Assembly: GCA_964016885.1 (NCBI GenBank)
Contig: OZ024740.1
Location: forward strand, 344,658,001 to 344,722,000
Origin: Eledone cirrhosa
Taxonomy: Eukaryota
DNA: 64,000 bases
Direction of reading: 5' to 3'
The notes under the pieces are model-generated. The model did no database searches. It saw nothing but the letters and a program-made list of their open reading frames with translations, and was not told the DNA's origin. Shown piece by piece: positions 28,250-42,741 of this stretch; the stretch's first letter is position 1, and every line of letters begins with the position of its first letter. The position numbers and the translations under genes were made by a program.

Positions 28250-28585
28250 GAATAATGATTGTTTCTACTTTTGGCACAAGGCCAGCAATTACTCAGTACA
28301 TTACTGGTACTTTATTTTATCGACCCTGTAAGGATGAAAGGCAAAGTTAACCTCGGCGGGACTTGAACTCAGACCGTAAAAATGAATCGAATAATAATTG
28401 TTTCTACTTTTGGCACGAGGCCAGCAATTATACCAGTGTATTACTGGTACTTTATTTTATCGAGCCCGGAAGGATGAAAGGCAAAGTTAACATCTGCGGT
28501 ATTTGAACTCAGATCATACAGGGATGTAACTCTATGCGTCAAAGCATGGCGTCCGACCCTCTACCGATACTGCCAATCCACCGCC
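28250..28585 (-). mobile_element. tRNA SINE plus tandem partial duplicate
   Basis: Full copy ~28390-28585 and a duplicated 3' part ~28250-28380. Flank aatgaatcgaataat is repeated. Confidence 0.9.
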
Positions 28586-29424
28586 TTTGTGGAATGAATT
28601 GAATAATAATAATAATAGATTACATTAATATATATTAATCTTTAAAAGAGGAACACTGCGCGAATAGGGTGTGCCTATTAACCTTTGAGAGTTAGTGAAT
28701 GAGAAAACATATAACGCAATAGAATGCCTGTGTTCCATCTTTCAAATGGTTGCTGTGTACGACAAATATCCCTACGAAATATTATTCCAAGCGTATGAAA
28801 TTCTACATAACAAGGATTTTCAAACTGAGAAATGGAGAATCCAGTTTGACGCTGAATACATGTATCGTAACATGATAAGCTACCCAGAACTTTTACAAAC
28901 TACTCTGAACTAATTTACTAAGTACATGTCAGGTTTAAATCATCAACATTTTAGGTCTGTTTTCGATCGGAGTGCTCTGAACCAAAAATCACATTTGCCT
29001 CACAATGACACAGCGTATAACCTATATTTTGGATATTTCCGTTCAGCATTTCCTAAAGTTACTTTTTCCAATCATTCATCTTCGGTGTCAAAATGACTAA
29101 ATTTCCTCACTATCTCATTCTGGCTGCTACCATCATTTTCTGAAGCTTTCAATTGTGTCTTTTTTTGTTTATATATCTTTTATCCATGCCCATATCTCTT
29201 TCAGTCTAGTCGCCGTAATACATATTGGCTTCTGTTATTCGAATTCACAAAGCTTATTTTCTTTGCTAGATTGAAAAAGAAAAAAAAAAACTCGATTAAA
29301 TATCTTTTAACGACAAACTGTAAAGAACCTTTGGGGATTTATTTCTCTCTTTCTCTACTTTTCTTTCTATCAGAATTTGACTCCATTACATATATTCTTC
29401 ATTTCCATTTTCCTTCTTATTTCA

Positions 29425-29565
29425 GTCAGTTGACTGTGGCCATGCTATCGCACTACCTTGTCTGAGTAGATCATATTGATCTCAGTACGTAATTATTCAC
29501 GTTTGGTAATTGGATTTTCAGTCTCATGTTTTTCTGGACCCGCTAAATTATGGAACGTAAACCCC
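29425..29565 (-). mobile_element. Older SINE of the same superfamily
   Basis: ggccatgctatcgcactaccttg..ccgctaaattatggaacgtaaa resembles the reverse strand of octopus SINEs (from recall). Confidence 0.55.
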
Positions 29566-29600
29566 AAGAGACACTAATGTAAATGGAAACTACATAAGCT

Positions 29601-29743
<143 letters not shown>

Positions 29744-30189
29744 CTATCTATCTATTATATGTCGGGATTTTAGTTTTCCCCTAACAAATTCCACTCACAA
29801 GACATGAGTGTACGTGAGTGTATTTATGTAAATATATGGTCAACCATAGAATAAAGGTGTCACAAATTGTGCGGTTTGCACCTAGTTAAGAAGTATGTTA
29901 AGTAGCCGCACGAAATCACGAAAGACAGACGCCAATATGTTGCACCCATTGAAGCCTTCTCAAAGGAAACCTTAACGGAGGGTTATGCCCCTCGGTAAAT
30001 TGCTTTGGCGCCACTATGTTTCAGGTAGATCACTTAGATCTGCTTTCGACTCTTAAGGTATGCGCTCTTGGTAACTATACTGACGATAGAAAAGTAACAC
30101 CGCAATCAAGAATCTGTTTCATGTTCTCTTCAGCAAGGACAATGATCAGCCAGGAAATGACACGCGCTAACAAAAACACACTCTAACAA

Positions 30190-30435
30190 AATTATTGAGC
30201 GTCAGGAAAGAAACAATTACCTGAGTCAAAATCAGTTGGTGACATAGAATAGATATGAGCAATATCGCATAGTTCCATGCGTATATCATGATAATAGTAT
30301 CAATGTGTAAATTACTGGGAAGATGGATTCTGAGGTCTTTCAGAACAAAAGAAAGAACCATGTTGTTACTGTGGGGGAATTATCTCCACAACAACGTAGA
30401 ATGTTGGCCTCTGCAATGGTCACTGCATAATGTCA
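30190..30435 (+). mobile_element. CR1 LINE fragment
   Basis: GRWILRSFRTKERTMLLLW is similar to SWILRTFQSRD in the CR1 at 62.9 kb. Confidence 0.55.
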
Positions 30436-31912
30436 AATTAACTGCAAAAATTGAAGCAATGATATGAAGCTATATCACGAATGAACCGCCTTCTATTTAA
30501 TACGCCTTCAAAAAAGTGAAATATATATGTGGTGCATGTAGATCTTTTCAAGACATATCTCAATATGAGTCTAAAGCGCGGCAACAAACACAAATGACGA
30601 AGGTAGCGACTAAGTCCCTCTTGGAGAAGGGTCGCTCTGAATGTTTGCCACCATATATATATTGGACCTATTGTTGCAGGTATTGAGGTGTTACGCAAGT
30701 TTGCAAAAATGTGATGTGGCCACTTTCGTATCGGCTATCATTGGACATGATGAAGCAATCATCATCATATATATATATATCTTGAAATTTATTTCAACAT
30801 TTTTTAAAATTTACTTTCCCTTGATTTTATATATATATATATTTCACTAAGTATATTCGTGTAAGTGTCGGACTAAATCGGCTTTTGAGGTATAATTTAT
30901 ATTTCTAGTCTAGTACATGTTTCGAAATTTGCGTAATTATATAGTAAATTATATCTTTCAGAATACCTAACTAGTAATTGGACATCGGAAGGATAACGCA
31001 GAAAACTGACTATGATTTTGGCTCAGAATGAATCTGACAATTTACAGTTGATAATATATAAATTAACACTGTGAAATATATCTTCGTCAAAATAAACGTC
31101 GCATATTCAATACAATTTCTTCCTTATTGTAGATCTTCTTCTTCAGACGAAGACTGTATAAATCAATACTTATACTAACTGTCATCAAAAAGGATGAAAT
31201 GAATAAAAGCAAGAAGAAGGTTGGGCTGCGCAAAATACATGTTGGGAGAGGAAGTCGATAACATGTAAAAATAACAGTGACAAGTAATGTGATTATTTAT
31301 TTGACTCTTAAAAAAATATTTGGTGTTAAATGGAGGAAAGACGTTTTTTTTAGAAAATTGATCTAAAGATTAGCAGAGCGTAAAAAGAAAAACATATATA
31401 TTTTTAATTAACTTCATGGTCCTTCTTGCATCCATAAGAAAGTGTATTTAGGCTCGCGTAAGAGCAATATGATACCAAAACTATTTAATTCTCTTTTGAG
31501 GAGAATGGGTATAATTTTTCATTCTACGAGTTATATTTCAGTGCCTACGAGGGGGTACAATGAACCAACCATACAAGTTATCTAGATGTTAGCATATTTT
31601 TATCCTGGTTATTAGAAATCATTAATAAACTATAGGGAACATTTTCATATTACATCCCTCGATTTGCAAATTGATATAAGAGGGTACACATGATTCTATT
31701 GTTCTCAGTTATTGTTTTGCTTCATGTAGGAATCCCATTTGATTGGCAAAAGATTGGATTAAAAACACCCGGTGGAAACGGAATTATACCATGAAGGTGT
31801 CTGGCAACAGAAGTTCGACCATACTAGCCGAAACCTATCAAAGTCATCAATGTTACACACACACACGCCCCCCCCCCCCCCCACGCAACCCACACTCACA
31901 CACACGCACACA

Positions 31913-32034
<122 letters not shown>

Positions 32035-32377
32035 TATATATATAGAGAGAGAGATATTATATAGTTAAATAAAGAAGCATCATTGGAGACAGAAATATAT
32101 GTCTGTCTATAGGGACAGAATATGAAGGTCGTGGTGTTATTTGAGGGTTGTGTGTGTGTGTTTGCAAAATCATACATAGACAAAAACGTTCATCATTTTA
32201 CATTCAGGCAGGATTTGTATAAATAGTCAGACAAAAAGTAGCGTACTTCTGTTCTTTCAAGATTTAACGGGTCTTATCGGAAGCTTCTAGCATCCCGGCA
32301 GGATTATTATAAAATACAGAGAAATATGACGATTCTTGTGTACGTTTGGACGTATAAATATATATACAAATATGTAT

Positions 32378-32451
<74 letters not shown>

Positions 32452-32457
32452 ATATAT

Positions 32458-32532
<75 letters not shown>

Positions 32533-32554
32533 GATATATATATATATGTATATG

Positions 32555-32586
<32 letters not shown>

Positions 32587-32627
32587 GATATATATATACA
32601 TATATATATATATATACATATATTTAC

Positions 32628-32782
<155 letters not shown>

Positions 32783-32897
32783 CTTAAGGATTTATACTGC
32801 CCCTTTCCATTCTTAACAATGGTCAATTTCAACCTGGTTATAAAACCTTACTCATTCATATGTATGTTTTTTTTGTATTCTTCAATAAACAAAACTC

Positions 32898-33033
32898 ATT
32901 ATTTCTGAAGACGGTGGGTAGTGAAGACGTATGTATTTTTTTCTCACTATGATATTTTGTAATATGTTTTACATAGATCAATAATTGAATAAACATACAG
33001 AGAACTACCCCCCAGAAACGATCGTAAAATAAT
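32898..33033 (+). ncRNA. Type I hammerhead ribozyme with ~80-nt loop II
   Basis: attattt-CTGAAGA-c-ggtgggtagt..actacccccc-a-GAAA-cgatcg-TA-aaataat. 7-bp stem I and palindromic stem III. Confidence 0.75.
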
Positions 33034-33501
33034 CTGTTTTACTATGTTTTACAGTTTTGTGTTTAATTTCATTGTTTTAATATTTCTTTTTTGACTCTGT
33101 ACCCAATTGAATTATATCGTTGATAAAAATATTTGTATTTTAAACTTTGCTTCACGACATCTTCTACATACGGATTACATTGAGTTCTTTATACGGTTTA
33201 GACCCTACCATTGATTGGTAGATTTATCTGTGTTATGTCTCTATATATATATATATATATACGGTTTGTTTTCTTTATGATTTTTTTCCGTAAGGTAATC
33301 GCCGGAGAGACGGTTCTATTTGTAAAGAGACGGTTCTATTTGTAAATCTTTACTTTATTGTCTAATTCAATATACGTATTTACACGTTCCATCTGAAGAA
33401 AATGTATAAAGTTTTTATTGTATAACTATCTTTGAATCTTTGAAATACGAATACCGAATTAGACAAATAAAATGGAGATGTATGAATAGAACCATCTCTC
33501 C

Positions 33502-33553
<52 letters not shown>

Positions 33554-33681
33554 TTCAAGAGTAAACAATCTTAAAGAGAGAGATTGAGATAGTAGAGGAG
33601 ATATGAGAGGAAAGATTGGTGAGTTAGTTAGAAGCCAAAGCGTAAAGGCATGTGCTCAATATGCAATATGCAGTGGAAAGC

Positions 33682-34457
33682 AACCCACCATTCTCATCTA
33701 ATCTAGCCACTAATATCCCCAATCGCTTCTTCTCTATCTATCCAAACACTTCCCCCCTAACCATAGATATTACAGACTCTTTAATAAAAACAACATTAAA
33801 ATCCCATTCTCCACTACACCTAACCTAGCTAGCCACATCGCGTTCAGTAGCCATCATAAGCTAAGACACTATAATTCCCACACCACGGCACCACCACCCC
33901 TATCAAATACACCACGCCACTACACCAATAATTACTCTAGTAGCACACCTCCCCCATCTAATCCTTCTAGCACGGACCAACTGCTTAGGTTAAATAACCC
34001 TACTCTCACTAACCGCAGAAGCAACTACAACTGCCGCTACCCCAATGCATGCCCATTAAATGGACACTGCCTGACACCCAACATAGTCTATAGGTGCACA
34101 GTTGAGACTGCTTCGAATACCAGCTCTTACATCGGGTCTACCTCTAACCGTTTTAAGGTACGCTATAACGCGTACTCTTTTTCCTTCCGAGACCCTAACA
34201 ACAGATGTTCGTCATCGCTAGCTAGGCTCATTAAAAACCTTAAATTAAACAAAGTTCAACACTCACTAAAATGGGATATCGTAGCTAGGGCACAACCGTT
34301 CAATGGACGAAGGAAATCTTGTGATATCTGTGTTACGGAAGCGTATTACATAACTCTATCAAGACCTCTACCAATTAACGATAGAACTGAGGTAACCATT
34401 AGCTGTCAACATCGAAGTGCTAATTCCTTCGCCAATAGAGTTTTTGACCCAACTTAG
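33682..34457 (+). pseudogene. Second PLE lineage: thumb/linker and GIY-YIG endonuclease
   Basis: NPPFSSNLATNI..KHFPPNHRYYRLFNKNNIKI; open frame NCRYPNACPLNGHCLTPNIVYRCTV..SYIGSTSNRFKVRY..LKWDIVARAQPF..CDICVTE..INDRTE..CQH. Confidence 0.9.
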
Positions 34458-34824
34458 CCATGTAGCCCCATCTCTAATTGTAGCTAATAAGTTAAATTGC
34501 TATGAACAACTCGATAATTATAAGTTACCTCCCCTACATTGTCTCTCAATTAAATAATTTAAATACTAGCACTTACCTATAAAATACACACAATCTCTAA
34601 TCTCTCGAGAAGTTACTTCCCCTGAAACCACCCTCCAATTAGTAAGGTAAATATGCCCTTTGGCAGCCATCTTGTTACCCATAGGCAGATTTCACACAAT
34701 GCAGCCTCGACAGATGAGTACTACTTGATTATGGCTGACAGCTGATGAAACAAAAGCACTATAGTAAAAACTAATATATGGAACATTATATTATGTAACA
34801 TTATTTTAATTTATATTCCTTTGA

Positions 34825-34945
34825 GTTCCGATGAGCCACTCTGTTTTTTTAAATATGTTAATTATTTTCAACTGAACCAGATCAATTATGATACATAGTC
34901 ATCTGATCCAGAAATATTATACGGAGTAGCGAAACAATTGTAAAC
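34825..34945 (+). ncRNA. Hammerhead-like motif downstream of the PLE endonuclease (U4C core)
   Basis: gtt-CCGATGA-gccactctgt..acggagtagc-GAAA-caattg-TA-aac. Confidence 0.65.
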
Positions 34946-35072
34946 GGGCATTATTATTATTAATATTATTATTACTATTATTTTCTACATTCCTTACATC
35001 AAACTAAATATGTTGACAATCTTTTAATAATGTCTTCCTTGTGAAATTTGTGGTCTTGTTTTGCTTAACTAA

Positions 35073-35282
<210 letters not shown>

Positions 35283-35323
35283 CAATATTAATAAATGGAA
35301 ACTATATTTATAAAACCATATTT

Positions 35324-35386
35324 ATTTCATTATATATATTTCAAGGATACCAAGTTAAATCATGGTATGCCTTCATCAGACAAAAT
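35324..35386 (-). ncRNA. Hammerhead ribozyme in the inverted arm of D
   Basis: attttgt-CTGATGA-aggcatacca..tggtatcctt-GAAA-tatata-TA-atgaaat. Confidence 0.75.
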
Positions 35387-36574
35387 CAAATATATAACAG
35401 TTTTACAAATAGATATTGACGTACCTTTCAAAAAGGTGACCGTTGTTTTTGGAGGCCACCCGGATAGTGATTTGTTTACTTTAGTAAGTCATAGTGTTAA
35501 GAGTAAGTAAACAGATGGAGAGATAGTGAAAAACGTGGAGAAAAAGAGAAAGGGAAAGATAAAGAAAAAGAAGAAAGCAAAAAGAAAAGAGAACAGAGGA
35601 AAAATAACGGGGAGATACCAAAACAACAGACAGAGAAAGAACTCAAGAGAGAGATATGTAGAGATAGAGAGAGGGGGGAGAGAACGAAGACCTTAAGTTA
35701 TGTCATATTAAGTTGAGTTAACAATTGAATAAATAAAATTAGAAATAATAATATTCATGAATGGAATATAGATATATAATATGAGAAATTACACATTGTT
35801 TAATTATGATTATATATTTAGTTTAAAAATTGAGATCAATATATTAAAAATTGGAATTTAAACATTATAAAATATATATTGCTAGAGAGATTATCTATCG
35901 TATATCACATATATATAGGCAAAGGTACATAACTATATATATATACTCACTCAGAAAATACACATTATATCTACTCCCGCACATAATGTATACATACAAA
36001 GCATAAGTGATTTTTTTATTTATTGCTATACACTCCTTGTGTTATTAATTTAAAAAATTTAGCATATATATATATAAATATATAGGATTAACTTTTCTGC
36101 ATTTATGGCTGTTAAATTATTCATATCTGCAATCAAAAGCTGCATGTGTAAGCCTGTACACTCACACCCATAATTCTTAGCTATACATGAATAGATATGT
36201 GTGTGCATCTTCAATTGGTATACACGCGTCACTCACGCATATATACAGACAGATATATAATCACAAAAAAAACATATAACACATGTATATGTATGTCAAC
36301 ACGCACATATAGATACATAAGCCGTATATAGACACAAATATACATCAATATATAACATAGTACAATTGAGTATATAAAATACAAAAGGATTATATTTTGG
36401 AAATATAATTATATCAATATAACTTAAAAGGCAAACGAATTCTCCAAATATCAAAATACTAAAATATCCCCAAATATTATAGAATATTTCAAGTTAAAAT
36501 AATATGTTTAATATAATTAGCATAGAAATTTATCTTACGTATATTTTAATCAAGACATTGAAAGGACAAACTTT

Positions 36575-37050
36575 TGAAAATTATGAGAAGCTATCAGAAT
36601 AAAAAATAAATCTAATAAAAATTATGAGAAGCTATCAGAATAAAAACAAATCTAATCAAAAATAAAAAATGAAATGAATCTAATACAAAAAAATGAATCT
36701 AATAAAAAAATAAATAAAATGAATCTAATAAAAAAATAAAAATAAAATATTATAACTTAAAAAACAAGGATTCTACAGATATCAATATATTAAAAAATAT
36801 TAAAAAATATTAGAAAATTTAAAAAAAATTAAAAAAATAAAAAATAAAAAAAATTTAAAAATTAAAAAAAATTTAAAATGTTTTTTAAAAAATGTTAAAA
36901 AGTTTTGAAAAATTTAAAAAAATTTAAAAAAATTTTAAAATATTTTTTAAAATTTAAAATTTTTTTAAAAATTTAAAATTTTTTTTAAAAAATTTTAAAA
37001 AATTTTAAAAAATTTTAAAAAAATTTTAAAAATTAAAAATAATCTTAAAA
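36575..37050. repeat. Degenerating tandem repeats grading into alternating A/T tracts
   Basis: Two copies of aaaattatgagaagctatcagaataaaaa, several gaatctaata units, then about 250 bp of An/Tn blocks. Confidence 0.85.
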
Positions 37051-37321
37051 AATCCTTATCTCTACATATCTCTCTCTTGAGTTCTTTCTCTGTCTGATGT
37101 TTTGATATCTCCCCGTTATTATTCCTCTGTTCTCTTTTCTTTTTGCTTTCTTCTTTTTCTTTATCTATCTTTCCCTTTCTCTTTTTCTCCACGTTTTTCT
37201 ATATCTCTCCATCTTTTTACTTACTCTTAACACTATGACTTACTAAAGTAAACAAACCACTATCCGGATGGCCTCCAAAAACAACGGTCACCTTTTCCTT
37301 TGTAAAACTGTTATATATTGT

Positions 37322-37384
37322 ATTTTGTCTGATGAATGCATACCATGATTTAACTTGGTATCCTTGAAATATATATAATGAAAT
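37322..37384 (+). ncRNA. Hammerhead ribozyme in the forward arm of D
   Basis: attttgt-CTGATGA-atgcatacca..tggtatcctt-GAAA-tatata-TA-atgaaat. Confidence 0.75.
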
Positions 37385-37515
37385 AAATATGGTTTTATAA
37401 ATATAGTTTCCATTTATTAATATTGTATATCTACTCCAAATATTTGTCGAGTGCTTTATATCAGTTATAATAATATTTGCTTGTTGTATCCCAACAATTT
37501 AAATAGAACTTTTGC

Positions 37516-37676
<161 letters not shown>

Positions 37677-38739
37677 TTATGTATATATATATATTCATAG
37701 TTATTTTTACATATATATATATATATGTGTGTGTATATAAAGTCATTGTTTAAATATTTTGTGCATTTTTTTATTACATTGAATCGTTTTTTCTGGTTTT
37801 TGCTCTTAACATACGTTAAGCTGTTGACTATCGTCGAATATCATATCACCAATCATCACGCTTTGAGCATTTTTACCATAACACCGACATTCTCCATAAT
37901 TTCCATAGTCACAGGATGACAATGATAAAGTGGACGAAATAGTCAACTCCATGGTGTTTGTCCCCTCAGAATATTCCCTCTCTCTCACTTTCTATCACAT
38001 ATCTCCATCTTATACACACTATTTCTCCTTCATTGTGCTTATTTGTCTGTTTCTCTCTCACTCTCACGCCTTAAACATAATGCTCTTGTATATAAGTTAA
38101 AATTTCCACGAGGCTTTAAGTATCGCATTTCACTGAAAACCATAATCAATATACACAGAATTACATAACCAGAACACATCATAGATATGCTATATTTTCT
38201 GTAGTAGGATCAGTAAAGAAGGTGGGAGTTGATGTATATACGTATTCAATGCATTGTGTATTTCATATGCATTTCTCGTAAATTCGATTTAACAGCATAC
38301 AATATATTCGATTCTAAAGTATACGTACGAAATATTTATTCAAAACAATACGTACGTCTTCCCAATGACTTTATTCTTAAGCAAGTCCTTCCCATATTCG
38401 TCATTGTCTTTATGATTTTGTAAATACAAACATTAGAAAGTGAAAACATCCCATTTTCTATGTGCATGTTTTATTTTTATGTGTAGTGATATTCTTAATA
38501 TGTTAATAACAAAGACATGCACAAACGCACACACACTCACACACACACTCTCTCTCTCACACACACACTCACACTCACACACACACACGCACACAGATAT
38601 ATATATATATACATACATACATATGTATATAGTAGTGTGTATATATACTTAATATAGACTATCCAGGTAATATATACGTAATATAGACTATCTAGGTAAA
38701 ACTTGAACCATTAAGGTCTGATTCCTGGATATGTCAATA

Positions 38740-38850
38740 TTTATAAAACAAACTTTGTATTTTATTCGATGAAAGGGTACCAACATTTTGGGACTCATGA
38801 AATATATATAACAGAATAAATATGGTTTTATAAAATATAGTTTCCATTTA
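38740..38850 (+). mobile_element. Diverged family D-related arm with decayed HHR
   Basis: tcgatgaaagggtaccaa..ttgggactcatgaaatatatataac..aataaatatggttttataaaatatagtttccattta, ending in (TA)n at nearly the same point as the D arms. Confidence 0.65.
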
Positions 38851-38863
38851 TATATATATATAT

Positions 38864-39041
38864 AGTAATAATAATAAATTTGAAGACTAAAATCCAAAGA
38901 GGGTTCGATAAGAATAAATATATATCAAATGTATAAGAACCGTAGAGCAAATATTTATTAAAATAACAGATTAAAGTTTAAGCAAAGAATCGCTGCTTTC
39001 ACCTTTAACGGGATTTTCTGAAACTAATCTGTTATTTTAAT
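38864..39041 (-). mobile_element. Family F, copy 2 (17-bp fold-back)
   Basis: attaaaataacagatta 38957-38973 / taatctgttattttaat 39025-39041. Homologous to 7280-7440. Confidence 0.8.
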
Positions 39042-40529
39042 ATATATATATATAATGAGTAATTGGAGAATCAAAAGATTCAACTGAAAATTCAGAGACG
39101 AGCTCGTTTACCATGGATCTCACAAAATAAATAAATTTCTCTTCTAGTGGTCATTTTGGAAATGGCGCTATAGTGAAAAGAAGATGTTTCATTGTTGGTG
39201 AATATAAGGAATTTTACCATAGGGCATCGACTGTAAACACATTTGATGTTTGACTGATATCTTTGTTCTTCAGGTGAAGTTTGGTGTGATACGTCTGTGA
39301 GTATATGTTCTGATTTCACAAGTAACTGTCCTAGATGCATCAGTGATGAAACATATTTGTTATTATTAGTGTTTAAATCAGAGCTGATGCAGCTCTTTAC
39401 AAATTTAGTTGAGTTAACGGACAACAGATTCAAGGTGTAAAGTTGCATGAATGAAAACAAAATGTGGTGGTATAGAGTTGGTGGTAAATTCGTCAATCTG
39501 TGTTTGTAATCAGAAGTCGGTCACAATTATTGCTTTTCTGTGTTGTTATAAATAAAATTTCGTCATTTACGAAAGTTTCTACGCTCATTTTATTCATATT
39601 TTTGTAGGTTTACCGAGAAAATCTGTACATTGAGGCGCCAACCTAGAAATGCATGTGTTATGGCTAGATAAGTTTGCCATAATTGATATATTGAATGGAT
39701 TGTCAAAGGTTAGGTGTGAGTTAGTGAGAAAGTAGCGTATGTCGGAAGACAGTTTCAGTGAAATAGTTATACAAAGGATGAAAGGAATAACATCTAAAAA
39801 CAGAAAAAGGAATTAGTTGAAAACTGCAATAGAAAGTTTTCAATAAGAGAGAGAAATAAAGAGAGTAAATGAGAGAGATAGTGAGAGAAACTAAGGGTGT
39901 ATAAGTATGTGTATGTATGTGAGAAAAAGAACGATAGAGAGTGTTAGAGAGGCAGACAGGGTGGTGTATGTGTGTTAAAGGAAGTGTACCATTTTAATGT
40001 TTATAGGAAATGCGTTCCGACATCTATATGTGTTAATAAACTAATCAAAATAATTTTATCAAAATGAAAAAAACATAAAGAATAAACATTCTCATACTTA
40101 GTGACTGAAATTGGGTGTGATATGTGCAAGAACCATAAACTATTTGGGATAAGGAAATTTCCTTGGATAAGTTTTTTTTTGTTTACTATGAATACAACTC
40201 TTATGATTTTCGTTCGTCTACAGGAAGTGCGGTATGTAAATGTAAGTCTGGAATGACTATTAGAGGATGTAATTATATTATAAACAATGAAAATATGTTT
40301 TCTGTTACAATATTGAAATGCTAATCATTTGTATATAATTAATCTATCCAAACATGTTACAATTAAGTAAGAATATATGTTGTATGTAACGATGTAAGTA
40401 AAGTATTTAAGGTTAATAATTACACAGAATTTCAATTTAAGAATATATAAAATCTGAACGCGGATATCTATTGAGAGCATGAAATATACATATAGAAATA
40501 TACATATAGTTACGTCCATATGTGCATAC

Positions 40530-40593
<64 letters not shown>

Positions 40594-40674
40594 TTGTGTG
40601 TGTGAGTGTGTGTGTGTGTCTGTTTGTATGTGTGTGTGTGTGTATGTATGTATATATATATATATATATATATA

Positions 40675-40868
40675 TAGGAAAATGTTTAACCCCCGACGGC
40701 AGAGCTATTACCACGCTAAAAATTCTAATTTAGTCCAGAAATAGCCGTCGAGACGGCTTGAGCTCTGCCGTCTGGGTTAAACATTTTCCTATTTCACACT
40801 CTACTACCCTAAATATAGAGTACTCTGGTGCGTTATGGTCCATCTGGTTCCTTACCACAATTCCTTCG

Positions 40869-40869
<1 letters not shown>
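40675..40869 (+). mobile_element. Fold-back family A, copy 2
   Basis: Arms 40675-40706 / 40761-40791, shared tail, (TA)n flanks. Confidence 0.88.
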
Positions 40870-41227
<358 letters not shown>

Positions 41228-41940
41228 GGAGAAGGAGTGAGAGAGAGAGCGAGAGGGGAGAGTGAGAGAGGAATATAGAGATGTGGGTACAAAGGAGGGA
41301 AAAAGCAATCTACGCAAATTGTCAACGTTCAGGTTTATAATAATAGTTTGACATATTTCCTCAATACAAGTGATTTTATTGATTTAAGAAATTTTGAAAT
41401 TTGAAATGCATGTTTCCGAATTTAAATAATCATAAATATTGTAATAGGTTACCAGAAATAATAGTTGAGAAAATCGAGCAAACTATTCATGGAAAATAGT
41501 GTACAGAAGCATTTACGAGGAATTGAACCCATCCTCTCTCGAGTGCCGAGCAATTGCTTCAACTAAGAAACGCTTCTGTCAATTTCTCTATACCTCCAGT
41601 GATACTGTGCCCGATGTTCTCAATTATTAACTATACAGCTTTATACATATATTCAAACGTATGTGTGTGGGTGTGCATGTGAAGTGTGTAGATATGTATG
41701 TGTATGAGTGTGTGTGTTTGCGTGTAGTTCCAGGGAATTTATGTTAAATCCGCTCGATGATTCCTCACATCACCTTAAAGAAATTAGAGCATATACCCAT
41801 TTCTCATACAAAATCTTCTGGTTTTGAATTAGGTAAAACAAAATACCTTCCCTCTCCAAATCATTTCCACATTCTTATTTTACAATGGTGTTCAATGCAT
41901 CAATTATCATACTCCTTTGATATTGAGATGCTAAGCATCA

Positions 41941-42035
41941 GCTCGATATGCAAATCTGGCTGATCAGTGGATCTGCTAATATGCAGATCTGACTAATCAG
42001 CCAGTTTGCTAATATGCAAATCAGGCCGATCAGTC
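41941..42035 (+). repeat. Three 33-bp tandem units, each with an octamer motif
   Basis: ATGCAAAT at 41948, ATGCAGAT at 41981, ATGCAAAT at 42014. Confidence 0.85.
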
Positions 42036-42082
42036 ACTGTGTATTTCTGAAAATAGCATATATTTTCACTAGTTCTGACAGT

Positions 42083-42162
42083 TTGGCAGGTGAACAGTGA
42101 GTTGTACTGATGAAGGGTGATACCCAGAAACATTAATGTCTGCAGTCCTGTTCGCATGCCAA
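42083..42162 (+). ncRNA. Type I hammerhead ribozyme with GUC site and extended stem I
   Basis: tgta-CTGATGA-a-gggt-gat-accc-a-GAAA-cattaatg-TC-tgca. Stem I extends as ttggca.gtgaacag / ctgttcgc.tgccaa. Predicted cleavage after 42140. Confidence 0.85.
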
Positions 42163-42311
42163 CATAAGAGCAATAATGAAGTGTTCATTCTACTGACATG
42201 GCTATAAAATTGAGGCTTGTTTGCATAATTGCAAACGAATCGAATGTTACTATTAATATTCGAAAAGCTCAGATTACATTTATTGTATTCAGCCATGTAG
42301 AGCGAAATTTT

Positions 42312-42387
<76 letters not shown>

Positions 42388-42389
42388 AA

Positions 42390-42705
42390 ATAAAGTAATT
42401 CCGTCGGAAAGGTACAGGAAAAAAGAGTGCTCTATGTACGTTACAGAGCTTATTAGTTATGTAATAAACAACATAAGATAATTATTTCAGTTACCAGTGG
42501 TTTCTTGAAAGCAAAAAAATCTACTTTCAGTCGCTAGAATGAAAAAAAAAGTGGTGTTTTTATTAAATGTGGATTTGAAAAACGTTTTTCAAATCCACAT
42601 TTAATAAAAACACCATTTTGTTTTCATTCTGACGGCTGAAAGCAAATTTATTTGCTTTCAAGAAACCACCGGTAAATGAATTAATTATCTTATGTTGTTT
42701 ATTAC

Positions 42706-42709
<4 letters not shown>
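42390..42709 (-). mobile_element. Fold-back family B, copy 2: spacer-less ~253-bp palindrome plus tail
   Basis: 42457-42583 / 42584-42709, centre aaaac|gtttt. Same tail as 40905. Confidence 0.93.
42623..42680 (+). ncRNA. Hammerhead motif in a family B arm
   Basis: ttcatt-CTGACGG-c-tgaaagcaaa-ttta-tttgctttca-a-GAAA-ccaccgg-TA-aatgaa. The other arm reads CTAGCGA, so the consensus is CTGACGA. Confidence 0.75.

Positions 42710-42741
<32 letters not shown>

Noticed and set aside
28690-29200. Possible Tc1 transposase and RTE tail remnants
   Set aside because: Only vague motif resemblance by eye.
36575-36730. Repeat-spacer-like pattern suggesting CRISPR
   Set aside because: Eukaryotic context, degenerate AT-rich tandem units, no unique spacers and no cas genes.
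39090-39700. Possible further PLE RT remnant on the minus strand (TLY..I-like motif)
   Set aside because: Too decayed to support without a profile search.
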